Assembly: GCA_964035575.1 (NCBI GenBank)
Contig: OZ037845.1
Span: 124,001-188,000, forward strand
From: Rhynchopus sp. YZ270_cl-10
Taxonomy: Eukaryota
Length of the DNA: 64,000 nt
Direction of reading: 5' to 3'
Made by a program: the position numbers and the translations under genes. Positions 50,315 through 61,456 of this stretch are shown here, in pieces; within the stretch, counting starts at the first letter, position 1, and the number at the start of each line of letters is the position of its first letter. The notes below the pieces were generated by a model, which worked only from the letters and a program-made list of their open reading frames with translations, had not been told where the DNA came from and searched no databases.

Positions 50315-53300
50315 CTACATGAGATCACTCTCAAAGGTCTGCCGCTCCCAGATAGGGCGGTTGAGGGATGTGTCGGGGAGACTCTTGCTGTCGAAGCTGC
50401 TTAGCGAGAGACGACGGCCGAGCGCTTGGAAGTCTTCCGAGAGCTGGTAGATGCGCAGACCCTGTTGATCTAGCGCCAGGTCTTGCTCGCCGGAGACTTC
50501 AAGCAGGAACTTCAGTGACGACGGCAGCTCCGTGACCCTGTCCGTTGCGTACAGGTACATACACCCCCTCTCCTGCGCAAGCCTGCACAGCGTCATCCCC
50601 GTGCTCACAGAACTCCCGACAATGGTCATAAAACGCTGTGTCGTGCCGACCTCCCCATGGTGCACCTTGCCCGTGCATATCCCCACAGGGTCGCTTAGCA
50701 TTCGTTTTGACAGCTCAATGAAACGTATGGAGCTTTCAGCGTGGGACTGACTGGTGCGTCCGATGTTCCACCCCAAGGTGACCCAGGACCCGATGACGCA
50801 GACAATGCTGCCGCCGGTTCGTTCGAGGGAAATGCTGATGACGTCGAGTGAGTTGTTGACGCAGGAAGCCACGTCCTCGGGGACGTCCTCGTTGACGGAA
50901 AGGCCGATCATGCCGACGGTGGCGGAGTTCGAGACAAACTGTCCCATGCCGCGCTTGCGTGGCTTGCGCCGCATGCTCCCAGCAGAGGAGGAAGAAAACG
51001 CCTCCAAAGGACATTCACCACGAGCCTTCAGCGACTCGCTCCAGAGGAACGAGATGACCACCTGCTCACGGATGCCACGGAGCGACAGAGGGTTCGCCCG
51101 GTTCACCACAGCACGAATGTCGTTCAGCTTTTTCGTCTCCAGCAAAATGTCGTTCGGGATCGCCACCCCACCAGGCGGGCACACCGACTCCAAGCGTGCA
51201 GCCAGGTTCACAGTGGGCCCGAAGTAGTCCGTCCGCCCTGTCAAGCTGTTGTCCTCAATCGTCACCGGCCCGCTGTTCAGGCCGATGCGTATCGTGAGCC
51301 CACCCCACAGCTGGAAGACGTCAGGTCTGCACAGCGGGACCTCCAGCAACCCTGCAGGCCACTCTGCACAGAGAAGCTGCTCATGCGCCTTCATCCCAAA
51401 ACGGATGCCGGACACAGCGTCCTCGAAGGCTACCATGAAGGCGTCTCCGATGGTCTTGACCTCGTAGCCGCTGTAGAGCGTGATGCACTCTCGGATGAGG
51501 CTGTTGTGCTGGCGGATGGCGTCACGCATGGTGTCGGGCACTGCCTCCCATATCAACGTTGAAGAGACGATGTCGGTGAACACGATTGTTGCGTCAAGGG
51601 TATGCACGCCTGGTGGCGGCACCGCTGCCATGGCGATGCGCCGCAGTGGCGACGTCGTTGAGTTCTGTTGATGGATCTGTTCGAACAGTGCAGTAGGGAG
51701 GTATGCACGGTACTCCTTCAGGTAGTCCATGATCTGTATGAAGGAGTCAATGATGTCGGAGGGGTGGTCTATGGCGCGGATGTAGTCAACGTCTTCGAGC
51801 TGCATGTTAGCGATCGACTGTGCGCACTTCACGGCAATCGCCTTCTCGGAGAAGAGGTTCTGGATAAGCGACCTGTCGTGGATCACCTTCCACGCCACGA
51901 TCGGCATCACCAGGAGAAGCACGCCACCCAAGGAGGACACCACCACAATGAACACAAACTGTGTGTCCGTCCCTTCCTCCTCCAGACAGACAGCGTTCCC
52001 GGGACCCACGTTCACAGTCCCTTCTGGGCATGGCGTGCACGCCGATGTTCGCTCCTCCGCAGCGTAGCTCCCTTGAGGACATTGTGTGCAGTTCCACGCG
52101 CCTGCACCGGAGTAGGTCCCAACAGGGCACACCCCACAGACCTGGTTCCCCTCTGAGAGGGAGAGCACCTCTGAGAAGGTGCCTGCAGGGCACTGTGTGC
52201 AGGTCAGTTCGTATGTGGGAGGGTTTTGGCGGATGTGCGTGGTGAAGAAGGTCCCGTTGCGGCAGACCTCGCCTGGGAGCAGGATGTACCCCATGTCGGT
52301 TGTGCCGTCCGTCACGAAGTCCGCTGTGCGGCGTTCCTCATGCGTCATACAGCGGTCAGGGTTGAAGAGCACGCCGTTCTTACGAAGCGGGTAGCAGGCC
52401 GGGTCAAAGCCTGCCTGCATGCGGCGTGTGTAGTCGTTAAACTGCAGGGTCGCGCTTGGCGGGCATTTGAAGGAGGGTTTGTGTGCAAAGGGCCCACCCA
52501 TCTGCAGTGTGTACGCAGCCAGGTCGCGTTGTACGAGGGTGCGCAGGGAGCCGTTGTAGGAGAGCAGCATGAAGTCGTGCAGCAGGTACGCTAGGTTCGC
52601 GTCTGCGGAGGTGATGACAGATTCGCCCATGAGGAGGCGCTGGTTGTAGTACTGCCCTACAGAGAGCAGGCCCTGCTGCTTTGCGAACATATCGACGATG
52701 ATGCCGTCCGTGTTGTGCAAAAGTATGTCGCAGCCAAGGATTTTCATGCGTTTTATGATCTCACGTGTACGGTCTTCATCATGAAAGCTGTACTGCCACA
52801 TTACGATGACGTCAACGAGGTGCTCAACGCTGGTGTTAGTGGTCTTGGCGCCTGCCCCGACCTGTGCACCGATGTACAGCATAGAGAGGATGAGGTTCAC
52901 GCCTGGAATGGGCACCGGAGCGAGATATCCGATTCTGCGTGTCTTGGTGGTCGCACCACTCAGCACACCTGCAAGGAACATTGCCTGGTCCATGCGCACA
53001 CTGCCTGTGACCATGTTCTTCGAGACAGCGCCGTGTCCAGTGAAGTGTGCAAAGTCAGTATTAGGATGGCGCTCCGCAGCTTCATGGATCATGTTCGAAA
53101 AGGTGTGGGAGGTAACAACTATCAAATTGTACGTCGCAGCCAATGCGTCCACTGTCGCAACAGCAATAGAAGGAACAATGCCCTCAAAAGTGTCCGTCGA
53201 CACCTCGACAGTGTGGTTCATCCCCTTCAACGTCTTCACAAACCTTTCATGCGCCCCAATCTTCCCCAAACCTAGCATATAGTTCCATGAGTTGTCCGAG

Positions 53301-53425
53301 AGCCACCCTTCCTGCACGACTGCCACCTTGAAGCTGCGCCGCTGTTGTAAGGACACATCGCCTGCAGAGGTCACTACACATGCACACAACAGCAGCAGCA
53401 GATAATGCGCGACGCTTTGTCGCAT
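50315..53425 (-). CDS. Receptor adenylate cyclase: signal peptide - BMP/PnrA-like solute-binding domain - Cys-rich (ephrin-receptor/GCC-like) repeats - TM - class III cyclase - degenerate second cyclase-like domain
   Basis: DNSWNY, HPNTDF and FLAGVLSGATTKTRRIGY (BMP-like). CPAGTFS/CPVGTYS/CPQGSY repeats. TM. TIVFTDIVSST, VKTIGDAFM, DYFGPTVNLAARLE. Confidence 0.9.
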   Translation of the reverse strand: MRQSVAHYLLLLLCACVVTSAGDVSLQQRRSFKVAVVQEGWLSDNSWNYMLGLGKIGAHERFVKTLKGMNHTVEVSTDTFEGIVPSIAVATVDALAATYNLIVVTSHTFSNMIHEAAERHPNTDFAHFTGHGAVSKNMVTGSVRMDQAMFLAGVLSGATTKTRRIGYLAPVPIPGVNLILSMLYIGAQVGAGAKTTNTSVEHLVDVIVMWQYSFHDEDRTREIIKRMKILGCDILLHNTDGIIVDMFAKQQGLLSVGQYYNQRLLMGESVITSADANLAYLLHDFMLLSYNGSLRTLVQRDLAAYTLQMGGPFAHKPSFKCPPSATLQFNDYTRRMQAGFDPACYPLRKNGVLFNPDRCMTHEERRTADFVTDGTTDMGYILLPGEVCRNGTFFTTHIRQNPPTYELTCTQCPAGTFSEVLSLSEGNQVCGVCPVGTYSGAGAWNCTQCPQGSYAAEERTSACTPCPEGTVNVGPGNAVCLEEEGTDTQFVFIVVVSSLGGVLLLVMPIVAWKVIHDRSLIQNLFSEKAIAVKCAQSIANMQLEDVDYIRAIDHPSDIIDSFIQIMDYLKEYRAYLPTALFEQIHQQNSTTSPLRRIAMAAVPPPGVHTLDATIVFTDIVSSTLIWEAVPDTMRDAIRQHNSLIRECITLYSGYEVKTIGDAFMVAFEDAVSGIRFGMKAHEQLLCAEWPAGLLEVPLCRPDVFQLWGGLTIRIGLNSGPVTIEDNSLTGRTDYFGPTVNLAARLESVCPPGGVAIPNDILLETKKLNDIRAVVNRANPLSLRGIREQVVISFLWSESLKARGECPLEAFSSSSAGSMRRKPRKRGMGQFVSNSATVGMIGLSVNEDVPEDVASCVNNSLDVISISLERTGGSIVCVIGSWVTLGWNIGRTSQSHAESSIRFIELSKRMLSDPVGICTGKVHHGEVGTTQRFMTIVGSSVSTGMTLCRLAQERGCMYLYATDRVTELPSSLKFLLEVSGEQDLALDQQGLRIYQLSEDFQALGRRLSLSSFDSKSLPDTSLNRPIWERQTFESDLM

Positions 53426-55284
53426 TGTGCGGGCCTGATGGTGGTTGAGTGGTGGGTTGGTGAGTGGGGATATGTTGCTGTGTTTAGTAAGAGGCAACAG
53501 CCAGCGGGGCGGGTGTCCTTTACGTGCATGGCAGTGCCACGCATCCGACGACGAGGAGACCGCGTACTTGAACTAGTGCAAGAAATCAAACGTGAACCCA
53601 GAATATGTGAGAAAATGAGAGAATACGTGAAATGGGAACATATCTCATGCACAAAAAAGTGACTTTTTTTCAGTGTTTTTTTTTCCCGTTATATTTTGTT
53701 TCTGTTGCCAAACACAGAACTGAATTGACTCTTTGAATGAACTTGGACACTAACGCAGTGCCTCTGCACAAAACCTCCCTACACCCAACCACTTGCCCCC
53801 TTTACGGGAGAAGTACTGAAAAACAAAAGATAACACGAGGCCTTCCAGAGTACAAATTATTGGGATATTTTCGTGGAGTGACCAAGCTGTCCTATGAACA
53901 TTACTTAACCGGAGATCAGGTATCCTTTTTTGCTACTTTGTTGTATCGACATTCGCCCACTTCAGTGTATACTTTTCATGTCACCTTTTGAAAGGCAAAG
54001 ATACGTACAAAGACACAACCTCATTGAGGGTGACAGAAAGAGAGTGTGTGTTTAACCTTTTTATATAATCAGTTGAGCGGACTACCGTTCAGACAGTCTC
54101 TTCTGACTGTATATTACTTTATTTTATTTGCACAATCTTTTGCGTAAGATGGTAATGAACACATCTACAAAAAAAAACTGACGTTGGTGCACAAAAAAAA
54201 AAAAGACTTGAAATATGAATGCGCCTCTCGTGCACGTGCATCTAAAAAAAGAAGGTGATGAGACGGGTAGAGAACAAAGAGCGACTGGCAAGCAATAGTA
54301 GGACATGCTTCCAGAAGGTACACGCAAGACGCAAGACAAAAACTTGAAAGATGAATGTGACACGCGTACGCACAGACATCACTATAAAAAAGATTCAAGG
54401 CAAAGTGAAATCTGTACGTGTGCAGCTCTCAACAGAAACACGAGCACCCTGCGGCCGACTGCTAAGATTAAAGAGTAGAATAAAAAGACAAAGAGGTGCC
54501 ATGTACCTTCATGCGGACGGGGCGGTGCACCTCTCGTCCGTATAGAAGGGCCTCGTATGCACAATTAGAAGGCTACCTCAGGGCTATGGAGGGCATGCAA
54601 ACGGATGTCATCCCCGGAAGGCCACCATTTGACCACATATGTGCCTGTATAGAAAGTGCCTTGTACACACAAATAGAAGCTATTCTGTATTCAGTCAACC
54701 ACAGAACCGCAAATTCAATGAAATTCGCGTTGGGAAGTGGAGAGAGGGAGAGGAAGATATCTGATGCGCTAGAAACGCAAAAAAACATGGAAACTTGCAA
54801 AGATGAAAAATGGGCCATGCTGTGACGTACGCACATACATCTCATAAAGTAACCATTTCACTGAAAACACGCACACGGTTATTTCCTTTATTTGGTGCAT
54901 CGTTTCTTTCTTAGGGTAGTGAATGCCCCACCCCGTTCGTGCCCGACAAAACAAATCAACGGAAACACTAGAATCGACCAAAAGACCCTCCGCCGCGCGA
55001 AGGGTTGCGCTGAACAGTTCCTTACCACAATACACAACAATAAAATTGATTTGGAAATATGCAAGAACTTGCCTGTCCAGGATGCTGCTCCACAAAGCCA
55101 GTGAAGGCGGCGGAGCCATATCAGGTACTGAAACAAAAGGGTGCTTGCTACCCACTGAGGTGGGTCGGATGCTCGATATCACTCAAATGGACAAAATCCA
55201 TAATAAAGAGGCAAGGTGCACGGGGAAGGTTCCTGGAGGTCAGCAAGGCGTGCTCCCAGCCTCTGTACGTCAACGCTCAGCACC

Positions 55285-56445
55285 TTACACAGCACCCCTG
55301 CCTGCCCCCTGTGTGGGGGCTGGGTACGTCTCCATCGCCTGCATAGGCTGCATGGGTGCCGAGGGGCTTTGGTTCATCGGCACAACGTGATCGTGGTGGG
55401 GGTTGTACTGCTGGTTGGAGGCAGTGTTGTTGGAGCCCTTCTTCGTGACAATGATGGCTGCAGCCACAAGACCACCAACAAGGAGCACACCGCCACCAAT
55501 CATGATGAAGAACCAGAACGGCATGCCGTCGTCGGAGGAGCCGCTTTCGCTGCCAGCAGCGGCGCCTGGGTTGGTGCGGCCAGTATTGGTGCCCCCTCCG
55601 GTGGTAGCCGCAGCATCGGTGGTTGCGGTGGTGCGGGTACCAGTAGTACCAGTAGCCGTGGCTGTGCCAGTGCCGGCGACAGTACCGGTAGTGCCAGTAG
55701 TGCCAGTAGTGCCAGTAGTGCCAGTAGTGCCAGTAGTGCCAGTAGTGCCAGTAGTGCCAGTAGTGCCAGTAGTGCCAGTAGTGCCAGTAGTGCCAGTAGT
55801 GCCAGTAGTGCCAGTAGTGCCAGTAGTGCCAGTAGCCGTGGCTGTGCCAGTGCCGGCGACAGTACCGGTAGTGCCAGTAGTGCCAGTAGTGCCAGTAGTG
55901 CCAGTAGTGCCAGTAGTGCCAGTAGTGCCAGTAGTGCCAGTAGTGCCAGTAGTGCCAGTAGTGCCAGTAGTGCCAGTAGTGCCAGTAGTGCCAGTAGTGC
56001 CAGTAGTGCCAGTAGTGCCAGTAGTGCCAGTAGCCGTGGCTGTGCCAGTGCCGGCGACAGTACCGGTAGTGCCAGTAGTGCCAGTGGGTGGGGTAGGTTC
56101 TGTACCAGCAAGCGCCGCAATATCGTCGTTAATGGACATACACTTGGTCAGCGCGTCTACCCAGAAGCACCCCGCCGCAGCGCACGACGTTGCATCCGTG
56201 TGTGGGCACTCCGCAGACCTCACGCAGAACAGCGACATCCACGAGCACCCGTCTGCTGGAAGGCAGTCCTGCGGCAGCACTGCTGGACAGAAGAGTGCCG
56301 CGGCTTGCGTCTTGTCAAGGCAGAAGACAGTCTTCCACACGCACGTGCTGTCAGCCATGCATTTGTCTACAGCGAGGTCCGTGCACGCGCCCGCCGCCAT
56401 GTTCACCAGAAGCGACGCAGCTGCGATCATCACAACGTTCTTCAT
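55285..56445 (-). CDS. Single-pass surface protein: Cys-rich head plus (Gly-Thr-Thr)n mucin-like stalk
   Basis: Signal peptide [19 protein letters not shown], three CxW-type Cys repeats, 9-bp tandem repeat stalk, [25 protein letters not shown]. Confidence 0.88.
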   Translation of the reverse strand: MKNVVMIAAASLLVNMAAGACTDLAVDKCMADSTCVWKTVFCLDKTQAAALFCPAVLPQDCLPADGCSWMSLFCVRSAECPHTDATSCAAAGCFWVDALTKCMSINDDIAALAGTEPTPPTGTTGTTGTVAGTGTATATGTTGTTGTTGTTGTTGTTGTTGTTGTTGTTGTTGTTGTTGTTGTTGTTGTTGTTGTVAGTGTATATGTTGTTGTTGTTGTTGTTGTTGTTGTTGTTGTTGTTGTTGTTGTTGTTGTVAGTGTATATGTTGTRTTATTDAAATTGGGTNTGRTNPGAAAGSESGSSDDGMPFWFFIMIGGGVLLVGGLVAAAIIVTKKGSNNTASNQQYNPHHDHVVPMNQSPSAPMQPMQAMETYPAPTQGAGRGAV

Positions 56446-58274
56446 TGTTCTTGAGTAATCTTGTCGTCCTGTGTGGTTGTGTCGGAGGGACGAGGTTAAG
56501 AGGTTAAGGATGCAATAGAATGGGTGCAACTTTTTGTTTTTCTTTTCCTTTTTTGCAACACTTCTGCCTTGCTGCCCGAGGACAAGGGTGTTGGAGTGTC
56601 TCTGCACAAAAACCTCTCCACACCCAACCCACTTGCCCCTTTACGGGAGAAGTACTAAAAAACAAAAGATTTTTTTTAAACACGAAGCCTCCCTTGGTTC
56701 AAACTGTTGAGATATTTTGATGCCTCAGGCTTATTGACTTGACAAGGTTGGGCAGGATATTTTGGTACACCCTGCCACAAGCTGTGGCCGTCTGCTGGGA
56801 TAATCAATAAAGTACCGCAACATTGATGCGGGAGGTCCCTTTTCCGTTTGCAGCAATAATAACGACACAACACTGAGGAAGCTGTCCTCACCCTGCGAAC
56901 GCTACTTAAACGGAGATCAGTTATATTTATTTTTGCTTACTTCGTTGTATCGACATTCGCCCATACTTTTCATGTCACCCTTTAAAAGGCAAAGATACTT
57001 ACAAAGACACAACCTCATTGAGGGTGACAGAAAGAGAGTGTGTGTTTAACCTTTTTAGATAATCAGTTGAGTGGACTACCGTTTTGGACAACCGCCACAA
57101 TCTTTTTAAAAGGGTAAGATGGTGACGAAACACCTAAAAAAAAACAAACATTGGTGATGCAATAAAAAGGACAGTTTATTAGATGGCATGATCGGAGTGC
57201 AAGTTTTTACAAAGCCTTTGCAAAGTCTTTACAGGAAAAGGAGGTCGCGGTCAAATATTAGTGAAAAAACCTCGACCAAGTTTTTACAAAGCCTTGATGT
57301 ATTATGCGACTTTCGACCACACCATCAGATGAAGCTAAGCCTCTCGTGCTTAGTAAACCAAAAGGGGTGATGTGAGATAGGTGGAAAACAAAGAGCCACT
57401 GTCCAGCAATAGTAGGACGTGCTGCTAAAAGGGGCACGCAAGACGCAAGACGCAAGACAGAAACACAAGCACCCTGCGGCCGACTGCTAAGATTAAAGAG
57501 TAGAATAAAAAGACAAAGAGGTGCCATGTACCTTCATGCGGACGGGGCGGTGCACCTCTCGTCCGTATAGAAGGGCCTCGTATGCACAATAAGAAGGCTG
57601 TTCTGTATTCAGACAAACACAGAACCCAAATTCACTGAAATTCGCGTTGCCCGCCTATCTAATGTACGGTTAATTTGAGTGGCCTGAGCACCAAAAGCCA
57701 GTCTTAGATATATCTTTGGCCAGGCACAAAACGATGGCAGGGCACATAAAAAATTGACATAAGTGACTGCTCTCACCCAGGAGCTCGGCCTTGGGTTTGA
57801 AATTGTCACAACGACACTTTGCCCCGCAAAAAATAGAGGGGGTGGAGGTGGAAAGAGGGAGAGGGAGGTATCTGTTGCTTTAGAAACGCAAACATTAGGG
57901 TAGTGGGGTGAACATCGCCACCCCACGTCGTTCATGCCCGACAAAAAAAATTGACTAAAAACAATAAAAACAATAACAACAACGGAGGGGTAAGCGTAAG
58001 AAGCTGCACTGAGCAGTTTCTGATCGCAATACACAACAATAAAATTGATTTGGAAATATGCAAGAACTTGCCTGTCCAGGATGCTGCTCCACAAAGCCAG
58101 TGAAGGCGGCGGAGCCATATCAGGTACTGAAACAAAAGGGTGCTTGCTACCCACTGAGGTGGGTCGGATGCTCGATATCACAAACGGACAAAAATCCAAT
58201 AAAAAGGGCAAGATGCACGGGGAAGGGCCACTGGAGGTCAGCAAGGCGTGCTCCCTGCCCCTGTACGTCAACGC

Positions 58275-59282
58275 TCAGCACTTGTCTGCCCTCTGTGTGG
58301 GAGCTGGGCACGTCTCCATCGCCTGCATGGGGCCTTGGTTCATCGGCACAACGTGCTTATCGAGGTGGTAGTCGAACTGCTGGTTGGAGGCAGTGTTGTT
58401 GGAGCCCTTCTTTGTGATGATGACCGCAGCCACAAGACCACCAACAAGGAGCACACCGCCACCAATCATGATGAAGAACCAGAACGGCATGCCGTCGTCG
58501 GAGCCGCTTTCGCTGCGAGCAGCGGCGCCTGGGGTGCTGTTTCTCCCGGTGTAGTGCGCAACAGTGCCAGTGGCAGTACTGTGGGTGGTTGTTACATTTG
58601 CAACAGTGCCGATCTTGATCTGGGGAGGGCTGGGGTAGACAGGAGTGTCGGTGTCGGTACCACCGTTGGTGGTGTTGTCAGTGCTAGTGTTGCTTCTCCC
58701 TGTGTAGATAGCGGTGGCAGAACCAGCAGCTTTGTTGGTGACAGTTACATTTGCAACAGTGCCGCTCTTGATCTCGGGAGGGCTAGGGTAGACAGGAGTG
58801 TCGGTACCGTTGGTGGTGTTGTTTCTCCCGGTATAGCTGTGCGCAATAGCAGCAGTGGCAGAATCAGGAGCAGTGCGAGTGACAGTTACATTTGCAACAG
58901 TGCCGCTCTTGATCTCGGGAGGGCTAGGGTAGACAGGAGTGTCGGTACCGTTGGTGGTGTTGTTTCTCCCGGTATAGCTGTGCGCAATAGCAGCAGTGGC
59001 AGAATCAGGAGCAGTGCGAGTGACAGTTACATTTGCAACAGTGCCACTCTTGATCTCGGGAGGGCTAGGGTAGACAGGAGTGTCGGTACCGTTGGTGGTG
59101 TTGTTTCTCCCGGTGTAGCTGTGCGCAATAGCAGCAGTGGCAGAATCAGGAGCAGTGCGAGTGACAGTTACATTTGCGACAGTGCCGCTCTTGATCTCGG
59201 GAGGGCTGGGGTAGACAGCAGTGGTGCCTGCCGCCATGTTCACCAGAAGCGACGCAGCTGCGATCATCACAACGTTCTTCAT
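58275..59282 (-). CDS. Single-pass surface glycoprotein with 47-aa N-glycosylation-rich repeats
   Basis: Same signal peptide and near-identical TM/tail as 55285-56445. Three near-identical 141-bp repeats plus two variants. Confidence 0.88.
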   Translation of the reverse strand: MKNVVMIAAASLLVNMAAGTTAVYPSPPEIKSGTVANVTVTRTAPDSATAAIAHSYTGRNNTTNGTDTPVYPSPPEIKSGTVANVTVTRTAPDSATAAIAHSYTGRNNTTNGTDTPVYPSPPEIKSGTVANVTVTRTAPDSATAAIAHSYTGRNNTTNGTDTPVYPSPPEIKSGTVANVTVTNKAAGSATAIYTGRSNTSTDNTTNGGTDTDTPVYPSPPQIKIGTVANVTTTHSTATGTVAHYTGRNSTPGAAARSESGSDDGMPFWFFIMIGGGVLLVGGLVAAVIITKKGSNNTASNQQFDYHLDKHVVPMNQGPMQAMETCPAPTQRADKC

Positions 59283-59778
59283 TGTTCTTGAGTAATCTTG
59301 TCGTCCTGTGTGGTTGTGTCGGAGGGACGAGGTTAAGAGGGTAAGGATGCAATAGAATGGGTGCAACTTTTTTGTTTTTTCCCTTTTTTGCAACACTTCT
59401 GCCTTGCTGCCCGAGGACAAGGGTGTTGGCGGTTCAGGTGTCAAGGGTACACCTGACACAACAATACAGCACGAAGGTCAGCACAACACACAAAACTCTA
59501 CAAAAATAGGGGGGAAACTACAAAAGCTTGCAAAGGAAAGAGAGCACAACGGAGGGGAAAGAATGCTACCCACCCTCCCCTTGCAGGCTACACGACACAA
59601 AGGCTCTGAAACAAGGTGGACGGGCACACTGTGCAACAGCATCGCAGTGTGCCCTACGTATCTTGACATTGCCTCAGCTGGATAGAGACGCATGGATGGA
59701 AAAAGTTTATGTTCAAAAACGATAGTTGCCGCCTATACTTTTTATGGGCGAAACGCATTTCAAATCAGCACTCGAATA

Positions 59779-59845
59779 AGCCTTTAGCCTTTAGCCTTTA
59801 GCCTTTAGCCTTTAGCCTTTAGCCTTTAGCCTTTAGCCTTTAGCC
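59779..59845. repeat. (AGCCTTT)n heptamer satellite
   Basis: About 9 perfect units. Confidence 0.9.
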
Positions 59846-59911
59846 CATGTGTATTTCGGGACGAAGGATTTTGCAAGAGTGTCAGCAAGCATTTAAGAAG
59901 AGTAAGACGGC

Positions 59912-60033
59912 GTGCATCTACTCCAACTGATTTGGCCTGAAATTTTGGTGGAGTTTGGTGGTACTTTTACGCGTTAAACCCCCTCCAAACTCCATCAAAA
60001 ATTTCAAGGCAAAGTCAGTTGGAGCAGATGCAC
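59912..60033. mobile_element. Palindromic MITE; related copy at ~61331-61413
   Basis: GTGCATCTACTCCAACTGA...TCAGTTGGAGCAGATGCAC with an internal inverted TGGAGTTTGG/CCAAACTCCA. Confidence 0.6.
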
Positions 60034-61456
60034 AAAAGACCTAAGATGAGATCAACCCGGTTAATTTCCCGAGTGAGGGTCATACTTTTCTGTCAATTCT
60101 CAAGCAAAAAAAAACCCCAGCGTTTTTCATGTCTTTTTTCTTGTCTTTCGTCAAAAAATGCACATTGAAACGAAAAATGAAAAGACCAAAAAGACACGAA
60201 AAAGAGGGAACCTTCAGTACTATAGTATAATACCTTACCTACCTTGACCCTACAGGGGTTGCAGGAAGGGTGTGTGTGAAAAACCCTTGAATTAAAAAGT
60301 GAAGAAGTTGATAGCACAAACGCCTCTGGGACGCAGGCACTGACACTCCACGGTAGAAAAGAATTGAAAAAATCATGAATTAAAAAAAAAAAAAAAGGAC
60401 TTGATAAGTTGTGGAGATTCGACACTGATACAAAAACAAAACAAAACTTGTAACACTGATACTCCCAGATCTGCCAGATCTGGGAGTATTCGTGTTCCAA
60501 CGTGTTGGAAAATAACCCTTTTTTTTTGTTGCCTTCAATGAAACCCCTTCCTTTTGGTTTCATGAAGGATTGACAACAATCAAAAACGAGTCACAATTCT
60601 GCTGGGTTCCACTGGGCGCCGTTTTACCTGGCAGTGTGGAAGCGGGGGATGTGTAACAGTGTACACACGGAAGGGGTGATGAGTGATGGCTGTGCGCTGC
60701 ACCATCTTTTAATGAACGATAAACTTCATACGAGGCATCGGCCCAAACTTAAGGAACGTTTATCGTTCCTTCAGTTTTTCTCGGTTACGGTGTATCGCTG
60801 TGCACACACACATCTAAAACACATCAGATTGAAAACTAATATAAGCAGGGAGGGAAAAATGCTAAGAAACAAAGAAAGGAAGTATAGTCACGTGCTTGTC
60901 CACGTTCACAAAGGGAATGGTGACGATGCAGGCATCTCAACTGATGCATATGTATGATGTCAGCCGTGGATGAAAGCATAAAATATAAAAACGAAGAAAC
61001 GCAAAAGACAACAAGGTAACATGGCTGTTTGACGTCAATATTTTCGGGGGGGTTTTTTTTGGCTGAAACTGAAAACTGAAACTGAAACTGAAACCCAGCA
61101 CAACACGCTATTTATATGTACCCATCCACAGAAGTCTTCCGACAAAGAAGAAGAACAAAAGTCTGTGGGGATTTATAGCAGTGCTGAGGTTTTTTTCTTT
61201 CTTTTGAATAATTTGAATAATTGATAGACACCTCGCTTCTTTTTCTCGTGTGAACTCCACACAGCCGTTCCTCGCCTATCTCTCGTGGAGTACCGTTACA
61301 TTTTCTTTTTGAAGCTTTTCAAAAACGATCCACCTGATTCCCCGAATTTTTGGGGGAGTTTGGCGGTGTTTAAACCAAACTCCATCTAACTCCATCTCAG
61401 GCAAAATCAGGTGAACGATATCAAATATCACATGCACCTTTCCCCACACCCGCCAC

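Larger units (their letters stand above)
53757..59429. repeat. Head-to-tail tandem duplication (units 53757-56594 and 56595-59429)
   Basis: Both units start AGTG(C/T)CTCTGCACAAAA and end GACAAGGGTGTTGG, with long shared non-coding blocks. Confidence 0.9.

Noticed and set aside
59779..59845. Telomere-like arrays (TTTAGCC)n and (GGGTT)n
   Set aside because: Short and interstitial, and neither is TTAGGG.
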